From Atribacterota bacterium (GTDB taxonomy: Bacteria > Atribacterota > Phoenicimicrobiia > Phoenicimicrobiales > Stramentimicrobiaceae): a DNA stretch of 64,000 nt. The DNA lies in assembly GCA_040767965.1 (NCBI GenBank), contig JAXGNR010000008.1:32001-96000 (forward strand), read 5' to 3'. The translations under genes and the position numbers were made by a program. Numbering within the stretch: the first letter of the stretch is position 1; every line of letters begins with the position of its first letter. The notes under the pieces were generated by a model that ran no database searches, was not told the origin of the DNA, and saw nothing but the letters and a program-made list of their open reading frames with translations. This document shows positions 11,001 to 20,263 of the stretch, piece by piece.

Positions 11001-12563
11001 CACCATGACATTTACTCAATTGAGGATTTAGCACAATTAATATTTGATTTAAAAAATGCAAATCCAAAAGCCCGAATTTCAGTGAAATTGGTATCAGAAG
11101 TCGGAGTAGGTACAGTAGCAGCAGGAGTAGCAAAAGGAAAAGCAGATACAGTTTTAATAAGCGGAGGAGATGGTGGTACAGGTGCGTCGCCTCTTTCTTC
11201 AATTAAACATGTTGGAATTCCCTGGGAAATTGGATTGTCAGAAACACAACAGACTCTGGTATTAAACAATCTAAGAGATCGAATACGAGTTCAGGTTGAT
11301 GGTCAATTAAGAACAGGCAGGGATGTTGTTATTGCTGCTTTATTAGGTGCTGAAGAATTTGGTTTTGGGACAATTGCTTTGGTTAGTTTAGGGTGTGTTC
11401 TTGTGAGAAAATGCCATCTAAATACATGTTTAATGGGAATAGCTACGCAAGACGAAAAACTAAGAAAAAAATTTAAAGGGAAACCCGAGCATTTAGTTAA
11501 TTTTATGAGATTTATAGCACAAGAAACCAGAGAAATTATGGCAGAATTAGGATTTAGAACTTTCGATGAAATGGTTGGACAATCAGATAAATTAGAAATT
11601 AATAATACAATAAATCACTGGAAAGCAAACCAGCTGGATTTAAGCAATATTTTTGTAAAACCAAAAATTAAAAAGAACCAATCTTATTATTGCACAAAAA
11701 AACAGGAGAACAATTTTACCTCACTAGTTGATGATAGTTTAATAAAAAAAGCTCAAGAAGTTCTAGAAAATAAGAAAAATCAAGTAAAAATATATTCAAA
11801 TATAAGAAATAACAACAGAAGTGTAGGAGCTAAACTAAGTTATGAAATATCAAAAAAGTTCGGTTCTTGTGGATTAAAAGATGACAGTATTTATTGTAAG
11901 TTTGAAGGGGTTGCCGGAGAAAGTTTTGCTGCCTTTTTAACCAAAGGAATTACTTTTGAGCTAATTGGTGATGCCAATAATTTTCTTGGAAAAGGGCTTT
12001 CAGGGGGTAAAATAATTTTGTATCCCCCAAAAGATTTTAATTCAAAATATCATTTTAACATTATAACAGGCAATGTAAATTTGTTTGGTGCAACATCAGG
12101 AGAGGCTTATATTCGTGGTATGGCTGGAGAAAGGTTTGCAGTTCGAAACAGCGGTGCTATTGCAGTTGTAGAAGGATTAGGGGATCATGGTTGTGAGTAT
12201 ATGACTGGTGGATGTGTGGTAGTGCTTGGTAACACCGGGGTAAATTTTGGTGCAGGGATGAGCGGAGGAATAGCTTATGTTCTTGATATAGATCAATTGT
12301 TTGATACCAGATGCAACTTAGAAATGATAGAATTGGAATCATTATCAGATTCAGAAGATATTGGTTTTTTACAAAAATTAATTAAACAGCATATTAAATA
12401 CACAGATAGTCCTTATGCAAAGACAATTATTAATGATTGGGAAGAAATATTGCCAAAATTTGTTAAAGTATATCCTATTGATTATCGGAAAGCGATAGAA
12501 AGAATAAAAGAAGAACAAACCAGAGAGTCTGAGGTGCTTACTATAACTGAAGAAGTATACTGA
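8025..12563 (+). CDS. gltB: Glutamate synthase large subunit
   Basis: EHDNCGVGFIA, HQRYSTNT, AHNGEINT, EPWDGPA, KMAQGAKPGEGGQLPG, [3Fe-4S] Cys motif, GDHGCEYMTGG; the ORF-track start 7881 lies inside the riboswitch, so ATG 8025 is used. Confidence 0.96.
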   Translation: MKHLKQIGLYQKDFEHDNCGVGFIASTDGVKSHQIVRDGISILKNLVHRGALGGDLMTGDGAGMLIQIPHKFFLKKTLELGFDIGEKGSYGVGFLFMPNKKVLRERIKKIIENTLQKEGVEIFGWRKVPLNLNCIGQIAKEKVPYMEQIFLDLSEKPKEYLEQTLYIIRKCIEKNVKTIGVSTEDFYIPSFSSRTIIYKGMFVAPQFESFYPDLIDDDFASSFSIVHQRYSTNTFPSWALAHPFRFLAHNGEINTLRGNINHINARLGTLFSKIFGENIKKLFPLINEEGSDSAVFDNVFELLVLAGRSIEHTMMMMIPEAFGTKFHISADKRAFYEFHSAFMEPWDGPAAIVFTDGYKIGAALDRNGLRPLRYVITKNKKVVLASEIGVLDIPQEDILEKGRLAPGKMFLVDTIEKRIKKDNEIKALVSRQKPYRRWLEQNKIELHGLLQHPGPIKAQQNSLLVRQKAFGYTLEDLNMIIVPMAKNAQEPIGSMGDDQALSVLSDRPQLLYRYFKQLFAQVTNPPIDPYRENLVMSLMSFVGKEQNLLEESPTHCQQLKLAHPILTNEDMKKLIHFNENGFKTSIVYALSEIEKGKVNFKASLVSLCEQVEKKIDEGYSIVVISDQNMDKDHIPIPALLATSAVNNYLVKKEKRHLVGLVIQSGEVKEVMDYALLIGYGASAINPYLVFETIANIKNEMKVFDGNKLETVIDNYITAVKKGLLKIMSKMGVSTIRSYKSAQLFEAIGLNKDFIDKYFKGTVSRIGGIGLDVVEEESLRRHFSAYQEGMESLALDPGGSYRYRKSSEKHLLIPEAIVAIQKAVRSNDYMLYGKYAQLINDQSRRLCTLRGLFKFKNKKPIPIEEVENIDSIVKRFTASGMSFGSLSKEAHETIAIAMNRLGANSNSGEGGEDEERYKLLPNGDCCSSMVKQVASARFGVTSNYLANAREIQIKMAQGAKPGEGGQLPGEKVDKVIAKVRHSTPVVMLISPPPHHDIYSIEDLAQLIFDLKNANPKARISVKLVSEVGVGTVAAGVAKGKADTVLISGGDGGTGASPLSSIKHVGIPWEIGLSETQQTLVLNNLRDRIRVQVDGQLRTGRDVVIAALLGAEEFGFGTIALVSLGCVLVRKCHLNTCLMGIATQDEKLRKKFKGKPEHLVNFMRFIAQETREIMAELGFRTFDEMVGQSDKLEINNTINHWKANQLDLSNIFVKPKIKKNQSYYCTKKQENNFTSLVDDSLIKKAQEVLENKKNQVKIYSNIRNNNRSVGAKLSYEISKKFGSCGLKDDSIYCKFEGVAGESFAAFLTKGITFELIGDANNFLGKGLSGGKIILYPPKDFNSKYHFNIITGNVNLFGATSGEAYIRGMAGERFAVRNSGAIAVVEGLGDHGCEYMTGGCVVVLGNTGVNFGAGMSGGIAYVLDIDQLFDTRCNLEMIELESLSDSEDIGFLQKLIKQHIKYTDSPYAKTIINDWEEILPKFVKVYPIDYRKAIERIKEEQTRESEVLTITEEVY

Positions 12564-12796
12564 ATTAAATTTCATAAAATAGAATATTTAAAAGATGATT
12601 AATAAAATATGAAGAAAACAAATTCTTTCCTTGTAATTAATTCTTAGTAAGAACTGAATAGTTTTAAGGTAAGGATCTGAATACTTATTTATCAGCAAAA
12701 AATAAAGAACAGATTAGTAATTAATAAAAATTGTAAAAAAGCTTAAAAAATAGTATAGTAAATAAGCCAAAATAATTTCTATTAAGTAATTAAAAA

Positions 12797-13603
12797 ATGA
12801 AAAAAAATGAAAATTCTATTGGAATACTGGATTCTGGTTCAGGTGGATTAAGTGTATACAGGGAAATTAAAAAACAACTACCTCAAGAGCACGTTATATA
12901 TTTTGGAGATACTTTTTATTCTCCTTATGGAGGGAAAAAAGAACAGCAAATTTTTGAGAGAGTAAAGATTATTCTAGAGTATCTTATTGCACAAAATATA
13001 AAAACAATTATCATTGCCTGTAATACTGCTGATGTAATTACATTAAATATGCTGCAGGATATATATGAATTTCCTCTTTTTGGAGTAATTCTTCCCGGGG
13101 TCATTGAAGCAATCTCTGCAACTAAAAATAAAAGAATAGCTATTATTGGGACAGAAGTGACCATTCGAAGCAAAATACATACTCAGTTAATTAACAAGAT
13201 TAATCCATCAGTTGCTGTTTTTACTAATCCCTGCAATAATCAAATAATTAAAGAAATGGAAGAAAATTCCTTAAAAGATGTGGAGAAAATAACAGTTTTG
13301 ATAAAAGAATGCCTAAATCCATTCAAAAACAAGAATATCGATACACTTCTGCTAGGATGTACTCACTATCCTTTTTTAAGAAAATATATAAAAAAGGAGT
13401 GTAAGTCCGATATAAATATAGTTGATCCAGCAGGTTTTACAGTAAAACAGGTTTCTTATTGGCTCGCCAAAAATAACCTGTTCAATAGCTTTAAAGACCT
13501 CCCTGATTTATTTTATATCAGTGGTAATCCAGATATATTTTTAGAAACAGCAACAAATCTTTTAGGTTACAAACCAGGAGAGATCAAAAAAATAGATATT
13601 TAA
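12797..13603 (+). CDS. murI: Glutamate racemase
   Basis: DSGSGGLSV, PYGGK, IACNTA, LGCTHYP. Confidence 0.93.
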   Translation: MKKNENSIGILDSGSGGLSVYREIKKQLPQEHVIYFGDTFYSPYGGKKEQQIFERVKIILEYLIAQNIKTIIIACNTADVITLNMLQDIYEFPLFGVILPGVIEAISATKNKRIAIIGTEVTIRSKIHTQLINKINPSVAVFTNPCNNQIIKEMEENSLKDVEKITVLIKECLNPFKNKNIDTLLLGCTHYPFLRKYIKKECKSDINIVDPAGFTVKQVSYWLAKNNLFNSFKDLPDLFYISGNPDIFLETATNLLGYKPGEIKKIDI

Positions 13604-13703
13604 AGTACGTTAATGAATGCCACAATAAATATTGCTCAAACAAAAGGTTTGTTGTATGCTTTTAAAAACTATTTTGATATTTACAATAATTGGGAAACTT
13701 CAA

Positions 13704-13786
13704 TTCCTTTAATGTTAGTCCAGTGAGGCTGATAAGGAAATAAATAATTAGACCCCCTTGTCAGTTTATACTGAAGGGGGGTTTTA
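13704..13786 (+). promoter_or_regulatory. PyrR-binding loop and attenuator terminator
   Basis: CCTTTAA...TTAGTCCAGTGAGGCTGA(TAAGG) PyrR consensus, then CCCCCTT...AAGGGGGG-TTTT hairpin; upstream of uracil permease. Confidence 0.88.
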
Positions 13787-13871
13787 TTATTTAATAATAT
13801 GCATTGAGAAAAATTACATTTTATTCAGATATTTATAAAAAATCTAAAAAAAAGAAAGAAGGAAGATAATT

Positions 13872-15089
13872 ATGAATTCAAAACATCAACAAGAAGTTGT
13901 TGATTATACCGAACAAGGCTTAATGCAAACCATTATTCTTGGTTTGCAACACGGTTTCACTATGTTTAGTGCTACAGTTTTAGTGCCGATAATCACCGGT
14001 TTAGATATTTCTGTTGCTTTATTGATGGCTGGTATTGGCACTTTGGTTTTCCATTTTGTGACAAAAAACAAAGTTCCTGCTTTTTTAGGATCATCTTTTG
14101 CTTTTATCGCTCCTATCCTTCTGGTTACAGAAAGATTTGGAATGGCATATGCCCTAGGAGGTATTGTAGTTGCCGGGTTAATTTATCTGCTTTTTTCTTT
14201 CCTGGTGAATAATTTTGGACCAGAAAAAATTATTTCTTTTTTCCCGCCGGTTGTAACTGGTCCTGTAATAATGGTTATTGGTTTAAAATTAGCACCCACT
14301 GCAATAGGAATGGCCAGTGAAAATTGGTGGCTTGCTTTGGTAGGATTTGCAATTGTAGTTGTAGTAAGTACTTTTACCCGTGGATTTCTAAAAGTTATTC
14401 CTGTTCTCATGGGTATTGTTGTTGGGTATCTGGTGGCAATGATATTTGGACAGGTTGATTTTTCTTCTGTGATAGAAGCAAAATGGATAGGTTTTCCTCA
14501 GTTTACTATTGCGAAATTTAACTGGAATGCGATTATGATTGTAGCCCCGGTGGCCATTGTAACTGTTATTGAACATATTGGTGACGTGTTAGCAATCGGA
14601 GCAACTACCGAAAAAGATTATGCAAAAGATCCAGGCTTAAACAGAACTTTATTAGGTGATGGTTTGGCAACATCTTTATCGGCTCTTTTAGGTGGACCGG
14701 CAAATACTACTTATTCTGAAAACACCGGAGTATTGGCATTAACAAAAGTATATAATCCTGTAGTAATGCGCATTGCTGCGGTATTTGCCATTATTATTGG
14801 TTTAATACCAAAACTGGGAGCCATTATAGCAACAATTCCCGGTTCTTTAATAGGAGGGATTTCAATTATTCTTTTTGGTATGATTGCTGCGGTTGGTGTC
14901 AGGACTGTAGTAGAAAACAAGGTCAATTTTGAAAAATCCAGAAATTTAATAATTGCAGCCACTATATTAATTTTATCTCTAGGAGGAGTATCAATACCAA
15001 TAGCTCTTGGCAATGGCAGTATTGAAATTGAAGGGATGGCTTTGGGAGCATTGGTGGGTATTGTTTTAAACAAAATAATGCCTGAATAA
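13872..15089 (+). CDS. uraA: Uracil permease (NCS2/NAT family)
   Basis: LGLQH, FLGSSFAFI, FPPVVTG, EHIGD, NTTYSENTGV; PyrR leader. Confidence 0.92.
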   Translation: MNSKHQQEVVDYTEQGLMQTIILGLQHGFTMFSATVLVPIITGLDISVALLMAGIGTLVFHFVTKNKVPAFLGSSFAFIAPILLVTERFGMAYALGGIVVAGLIYLLFSFLVNNFGPEKIISFFPPVVTGPVIMVIGLKLAPTAIGMASENWWLALVGFAIVVVVSTFTRGFLKVIPVLMGIVVGYLVAMIFGQVDFSSVIEAKWIGFPQFTIAKFNWNAIMIVAPVAIVTVIEHIGDVLAIGATTEKDYAKDPGLNRTLLGDGLATSLSALLGGPANTTYSENTGVLALTKVYNPVVMRIAAVFAIIIGLIPKLGAIIATIPGSLIGGISIILFGMIAAVGVRTVVENKVNFEKSRNLIIAATILILSLGGVSIPIALGNGSIEIEGMALGALVGIVLNKIMPE

Positions 15090-15167
15090 AGAATTTATCT
15101 ATCCATAATAAATCGATAATCTTAAAGAAACAAGTCTTTGCTGTTTGTACAAAAGAGTTCTTTTTCA

Positions 15168-15196
15168 TTGACTTGTAAATAGATTTTCATTATAAT
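15168..15196 (+). promoter_or_regulatory. Sigma70-type promoter of tct cluster
   Basis: TTGACT-17-TATAAT; palindrome CACATGTG directly downstream. Confidence 0.6.
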
Positions 15197-15250
15197 TTCA
15201 CATGTGTGCTAAAACAATAAATTTTTTAAAAAGAAAGGTATTGGATTAAA

Positions 15251-15751
15251 ATGGTTTCCTGGAAAAGAGAAGTTATTGTAGGTATTTGTATAATTTTAGT
15301 ATCAGTTTTTCTTATTATTGATACTAATATAACCGGCGACAGAGTTGGTATAATGCTTGCTGCCCGCAGCAGTACTTATGTTAAACTCTGGATTTATATT
15401 TTAATGTCCTTAACAATGATTTTAATAATAAAGGCAATTCTGAAAAGAGATAACACTAAACCAGTGGCTATTTTTTCATCCACTGTAATAACTAGTGCAA
15501 TTTTGCTTTTTCTTTATATCTATGCCATGCCTAAAATTGGATTTTTTATTTCTACAATGCTTTTTATATTTATGCTGACATCTTATTATGATCTTTATCC
15601 TGTTACAACTTTTTTTAAAACAAAGAAAGCTACTACTAAAATTACTACAGTCATAAAATTGTTTGTATTTTCTCTAGTGATAACTTTCTTTGTACAGTAT
15701 GCTTTTGCAAATATTCTAAGAGTGCGCCTACCACAGGGAATACTTTTTTAA
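15251..15751 (+). CDS. tctB: Tripartite tricarboxylate transporter small subunit TctB
   Basis: 4-5 TM, IGFFIST, C-terminal F..IL.VRLPQG. Confidence 0.8.
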   Translation: MVSWKREVIVGICIILVSVFLIIDTNITGDRVGIMLAARSSTYVKLWIYILMSLTMILIIKAILKRDNTKPVAIFSSTVITSAILLFLYIYAMPKIGFFISTMLFIFMLTSYYDLYPVTTFFKTKKATTKITTVIKLFVFSLVITFFVQYAFANILRVRLPQGILF

Positions 15752-15997
15752 TTTAAAAATATTTGCTAAAGAAGATTTAAACCCTTTTTTCGTTTCAAAA
15801 GCGATGAAGATGAAAATGAAATATGTATTAAATATTTAACTGAAATCTGAATTGATTATTCAAAAAAGATCAAAAGAAAGGAGGCGTGTAAAATCTTTTA
15901 AAACAATATTAAGTTAGATTTGTCTAACTTATCTAAAAATAAAACTTATGAAAGATAAATAGTAAAAAGAAAAATAGAGAAAAAAAGGAGATAAATT

Positions 15998-16969
15998 ATG
16001 AAAAATAAAAATTTATTATTTGCCATCATTGTTTTGACAGTTGTCCTTATTACAAGTATAGCTGTTTCGGCACAAGATTATCCAAACCCCAGACAGACTA
16101 TTGAAATAATAGTTCCTTATGCTGCTGGTGGTGGTTCTGATACCCTTACTCGAGTTTCTATGAAATATTTAGATGTTCCTTCACCAATAGCGGTTATAAA
16201 TATTTCAGGTGCAGCTTCAGCAATAGGTACTATGGAAGCTTACAATTCTGTAGCTGATGGATATAGATTGCTATGCCACAATGCTGAAAACTTGGTAGAT
16301 GGTTATCTGGTAGGAACCATGCCTGCCCCAGTCTTTGAAGACCTTGAACCTCTTGCCTGTGTGGTTGATGACCCATATGTCATAGTAGCACCAAAAGATT
16401 CAAAATTTAAAACCTGGGATGAATTTGTAGCTTATGCCAAAGAAAATCCTGGCATTATGTCTTATGCAGGTGGCGGAGTAGGCGGACTTCTTCATTTAAA
16501 TTCCATAAAAATATTCCAGGATGTAGGGATCGAAGTTAATATTGTTCCCACTCAAGGTGGAGCACAAACAAGAACAGCAGTGGCCGGTTCTCATGTTGAT
16601 GCCGGAATCTTAAATGTGTCTGAAGCAAAAGATATGATTGAAGCAGGTGATTTTATTCCTTTATTGGTAAGCTCGCAAGAACGTTCTAAATATTTACCAG
16701 ATGTTCCTTCTGCCGGGGATATAGGTTCAAGTGTAAATTATAGAATTCACAGAGGTTTTTTTGCTCCTCCAGGAACACCTCAGGAAGTAGTAGATTATTG
16801 GGAAGCACAGCTTAAAAGCATAAATGAAAATCCAGAATTCGTAAAAGAAATAGAAGAAACCTTTAATTTCAGCACCAGTTTCCTTAGTGCACAAGAAACC
16901 AAAGAAATGTTAAATGAAATGTATCCAACATGGAAAGCCTTCATGGAAGAAGTTGAAGGAGCAAAATAA
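15998..16969 (+). CDS. tctC: TTT substrate-binding protein TctC (Bug family)
   Basis: Signal peptide, DYP...IIVPYAAGGGSD, ADGY, LPDVPS, APPGTP. Confidence 0.92.
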   Translation: MKNKNLLFAIIVLTVVLITSIAVSAQDYPNPRQTIEIIVPYAAGGGSDTLTRVSMKYLDVPSPIAVINISGAASAIGTMEAYNSVADGYRLLCHNAENLVDGYLVGTMPAPVFEDLEPLACVVDDPYVIVAPKDSKFKTWDEFVAYAKENPGIMSYAGGGVGGLLHLNSIKIFQDVGIEVNIVPTQGGAQTRTAVAGSHVDAGILNVSEAKDMIEAGDFIPLLVSSQERSKYLPDVPSAGDIGSSVNYRIHRGFFAPPGTPQEVVDYWEAQLKSINENPEFVKEIEETFNFSTSFLSAQETKEMLNEMYPTWKAFMEEVEGAK

Positions 16970-17000
16970 TAAAAAACACCTATCTGATAAATAGGTAAAA

Positions 17001-17040
17001 TTCGAACCCAGGAAAAATTAAATTACTTCCTGGGTTCGAA
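17001..17040. repeat. 14-bp inverted repeat after tctC (stabiliser or attenuating hairpin)
   Basis: TTCGAACCCAGGAA/TTCCTGGGTTCGAA, no + strand U-tract. Confidence 0.7.
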
Positions 17041-17136
17041 AAAATATCTCAATTTTAGATATAAAGTTGTACAAGTTTAATATTTTAATCTACTACATTA
17101 TTATTAAAATAAAAATAAAGAATAACAAAATAGAAG

Positions 17137-18660
17137 GTGATACAATTGGCAGATATTTTTGAACTAGTAGGGCTTGGCTTAAAATATTATACAGCAGACC
17201 TGGGTGGAATTATGTTTGTAATGGCAATGGGAACATTGATAGGTCTAATTTTTGGATGCATTCCTGGTCTGACTGCTGCTTTAGCGGTTACTTTATTACT
17301 TCCATTTACTTATGCTATGACTGCTGAAATGGGAATTTCTTTACTTATTGCCTTGTATGTAGGAGGAGTTTCTGGAGGTATATACGCTGCATCATTATTA
17401 AATATTCCAGGTACTCCAGGTTCGCTGGTCACTATTTTCGATGCATATCCTCTGGCAAAGCAAGGCTATGCATCTTTATCCTTAACGGTTAGTCTATTTT
17501 CTTCATTTGTAGGAGGAATCTTTAGCTTTTTTGTGTTGATTTCTCTTGCACCCCAATTATCAAAAATAGCCCTTATGTTTGGTTATTGGGAGTATTTTGC
17601 CATGGGAATACTAGGATTGTGTGTGGTAGTTTCTTTTACTTCAGGGGACACTATTAAAGGACTAATCGGTACTGTCTTGGGGAGCATCATGGCTATGGTC
17701 GGAATGGACCCTTTGACCGGATTAGGTAGGTTTACCTTTGGTCAATGGCAACTTTCAGGCGGATTACCTTTGCTGGCAACACTGATGGGATTTTTTGCTA
17801 TTTGTGAAATTTTCAATCAAATGAAAAATTTGAACATGAAAAAAGAAATGATTACCTTGAAAGAAAAAATAAGAATGTTCCCTCCATTTAATCTGATTAA
17901 ACAGCATAAAATTGTGTTTCTGGTTTCTGCAATAATTGGGACCTGGATTGGCATTCTGCCTGGTATCGGTCAGTCAACAGGCTCTCTGGTTGCTTATAAC
18001 CAGGTAAAACAGATGTCTAAAACTCCTGAAAAATTTGGTAATGGAGCAATTGAGGGTGTTATGGCATCAGAAACAGCCAATAATGCGGTAAACGGGGGAG
18101 CTTTAATCCCTATGATAACGCTGGGTATTCCGGGAGATTTGGTTACTTCAATTTTATTAGGCGGTTTAATTATCCATGGATTACAACCCGGACCAATGCT
18201 ATTTAGAAATAGCAGAGAGCTGGTAGGAGTAATTTTTGTATCTTATTTTTTTGCTAATATTTTAATGTTAATTATTGGTTTTGCCTTAATTAAATTTTTT
18301 ATTTATCTATTAAGAATTTCAGCAAGCAAGCTTTTTCCGATTATTATGGTGATGTGTGTCTTGGGGACCTTTACAGTAAATAACCGCATATTTGATGTCT
18401 GGATACTATTAGCTGCTGGAATAATAGGGTATATTCTTACTGAGATTGGATTTAAGCTGCCACCAATAATTTTGGGATATATCTTGTCCCCTATTATTGA
18501 ACATAATTTTAGAACAGGTATTATAAATTCAAGAGGAAGTTTTTTACCTTTTATTACCAGACCTATTTCAGCAGTAATCCTAGTATTAGCCTTAATTCTT
18601 CTTGTTTACCCGGCAATAGTAGAAAGAAAGAGAAAGAAGTTCAACGCCAGTACCGGTTAG
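17137..18660 (+). CDS. tctA: TTT large permease TctA
   Basis: GCIPGLT, LLNIPGTP, ILPGIG, ETANNA, TLGIPGD, HGLQPGP. Confidence 0.93.
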   Translation: MIQLADIFELVGLGLKYYTADLGGIMFVMAMGTLIGLIFGCIPGLTAALAVTLLLPFTYAMTAEMGISLLIALYVGGVSGGIYAASLLNIPGTPGSLVTIFDAYPLAKQGYASLSLTVSLFSSFVGGIFSFFVLISLAPQLSKIALMFGYWEYFAMGILGLCVVVSFTSGDTIKGLIGTVLGSIMAMVGMDPLTGLGRFTFGQWQLSGGLPLLATLMGFFAICEIFNQMKNLNMKKEMITLKEKIRMFPPFNLIKQHKIVFLVSAIIGTWIGILPGIGQSTGSLVAYNQVKQMSKTPEKFGNGAIEGVMASETANNAVNGGALIPMITLGIPGDLVTSILLGGLIIHGLQPGPMLFRNSRELVGVIFVSYFFANILMLIIGFALIKFFIYLLRISASKLFPIIMVMCVLGTFTVNNRIFDVWILLAAGIIGYILTEIGFKLPPIILGYILSPIIEHNFRTGIINSRGSFLPFITRPISAVILVLALILLVYPAIVERKRKKFNASTG

Positions 18661-18773
18661 ATGTTTTATATAAAAAATGTGATATTTTTGATTCAAAATA
18701 ATAAAAATAAACATATACCAGGTTAGAAAATGAAGGTCATTTTAGTGAATATATTTTTAATCCTGTTTATTTT

Positions 18774-18820
18774 AACAATAGCAGATGATAGTTTTAAACT
18801 GTCATCTGCTATTGTTTTTT
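18774..18820 (+). terminator. Intrinsic terminator after tctA
   Basis: AACAATAGCAGATGATAG/CTGTCATCTGCTATTGTT + T-run. Confidence 0.8.
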
Positions 18821-18920
18821 AGATTATTCTTAAAAATAAACTAAAAATTCTTGTAAATTAATCTTTCAAAAGAAGAAAAGGATAAAATAAATTAAAGAAA
18901 AGAGATGTTATCAAATAGGG

Positions 18921-20159
18921 ATGTTATTTCCAAAAAGCAATAGCAAAGAAAAAAAAGAAAATACTGCTTTAATGATTGTTATTTTAATACTTTCAATACC
19001 CTGTTTTGCCTTAAGCTTGGTGCATAATGGTTTTCTTTCATTGCTTCCTTTTGTAAGAGATGATTTTTTACTGACTAGATCGCAAATTGGCTATTATTCT
19101 ACTTTTATCTTTATCAGTGCTTCTCTATTAGCAATTTTTACTGGTGATATTGTTGATAAATTTGGTCCCAAAAAAAGTGTAATAGCCGGAATAATAAGCA
19201 TGAGCTTTCTCTGGCTACTCTATGGGTTTTCCGTTAATTATAACATGCTTTTATTTTTAGCTCTGATAGCAGGAATAGGTTTTAGTATAATAACACCTTC
19301 AGTTAATAAAGGAGTTATGCTGGCAGTTTCTCCTGGCAAAAGAGCAATATCAATGGGAATTACCCAAATGGGATTTGGCTTAGGAGGCATTTTGGGGACC
19401 AGTTTTTTACCACTTTTGGCCAGGATCTATGGCTGGCGATTTGCAGTACAAATTGCGGCTATTTTTGCAATGATAACAGGAGTTCTGGTTTTCAAATATT
19501 ATCAGGAAGTAGATATCCAACAAAAAACAATAATAGAAAGTGATAAAAAAGATACACAAAAATCCTTTAAAGAGAATCTTTGTTTTATTATTAAAAATAA
19601 AAAATTGCTAAAAATCTGCATAGTAGGTACTATTTTTGGTATTTCTGTTGGTGCTGTCCTACCTCACTTTTCAGTATTTCTTACTGAAGACCTTCGTCTG
19701 GCAGTAACTTCTGCAGGTCTGGCTTTTGCAATAATGCAGCTTGGAGGAATAATAAGTCGCCCATTTTGGGGGTGGATTTCTGATAAAATATTTAAAGGCA
19801 ATAGAAATATAAGCCTTTTTGTAATAGGGATTTCCATTGGAATTGTATATCTTCTTTTTGCATTTTTTATCAGTTTAATGCAGGGTAATTTATTTATCAC
19901 ATTTTTATTTTCATTTCTGCTGGGTTGTACTTCCAGCGGATGGGCTGGGGTACATTTCGTTAGTGTGGTTGAGTTTGCCGGAGACAAGCTGGCTGGAATA
20001 GCCACAGGTTTGTCCCTGGTTTTTCTTAGGATTGGCATGCTGGCTGCACCTCCCATTTTTGGTTTTATTGCTGATATAAATGGTAATTACCAATTTTGCT
20101 GGTTAACTTTTGGAATTTTTATAACAATAGTGTCTTTTTTATTTTTACAAAAAGATTAA
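18921..20159 (+). CDS. MFS transporter
   Basis: 12 TM pattern, motif A G.IVDKFGPKK, GWISDK, FGFIAD. Confidence 0.88.
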   Translation: MLFPKSNSKEKKENTALMIVILILSIPCFALSLVHNGFLSLLPFVRDDFLLTRSQIGYYSTFIFISASLLAIFTGDIVDKFGPKKSVIAGIISMSFLWLLYGFSVNYNMLLFLALIAGIGFSIITPSVNKGVMLAVSPGKRAISMGITQMGFGLGGILGTSFLPLLARIYGWRFAVQIAAIFAMITGVLVFKYYQEVDIQQKTIIESDKKDTQKSFKENLCFIIKNKKLLKICIVGTIFGISVGAVLPHFSVFLTEDLRLAVTSAGLAFAIMQLGGIISRPFWGWISDKIFKGNRNISLFVIGISIGIVYLLFAFFISLMQGNLFITFLFSFLLGCTSSGWAGVHFVSVVEFAGDKLAGIATGLSLVFLRIGMLAAPPIFGFIADINGNYQFCWLTFGIFITIVSFLFLQKD

Positions 20160-20263
20160 AAATTAGATTATATTCTTTCTATTAAATTAAAGAGACTAAC
20201 TAAAAAATATAAAATAGGATTATAATAGTAAAAATAATAAAAAAAAGGAGGAATTATAAAAAC

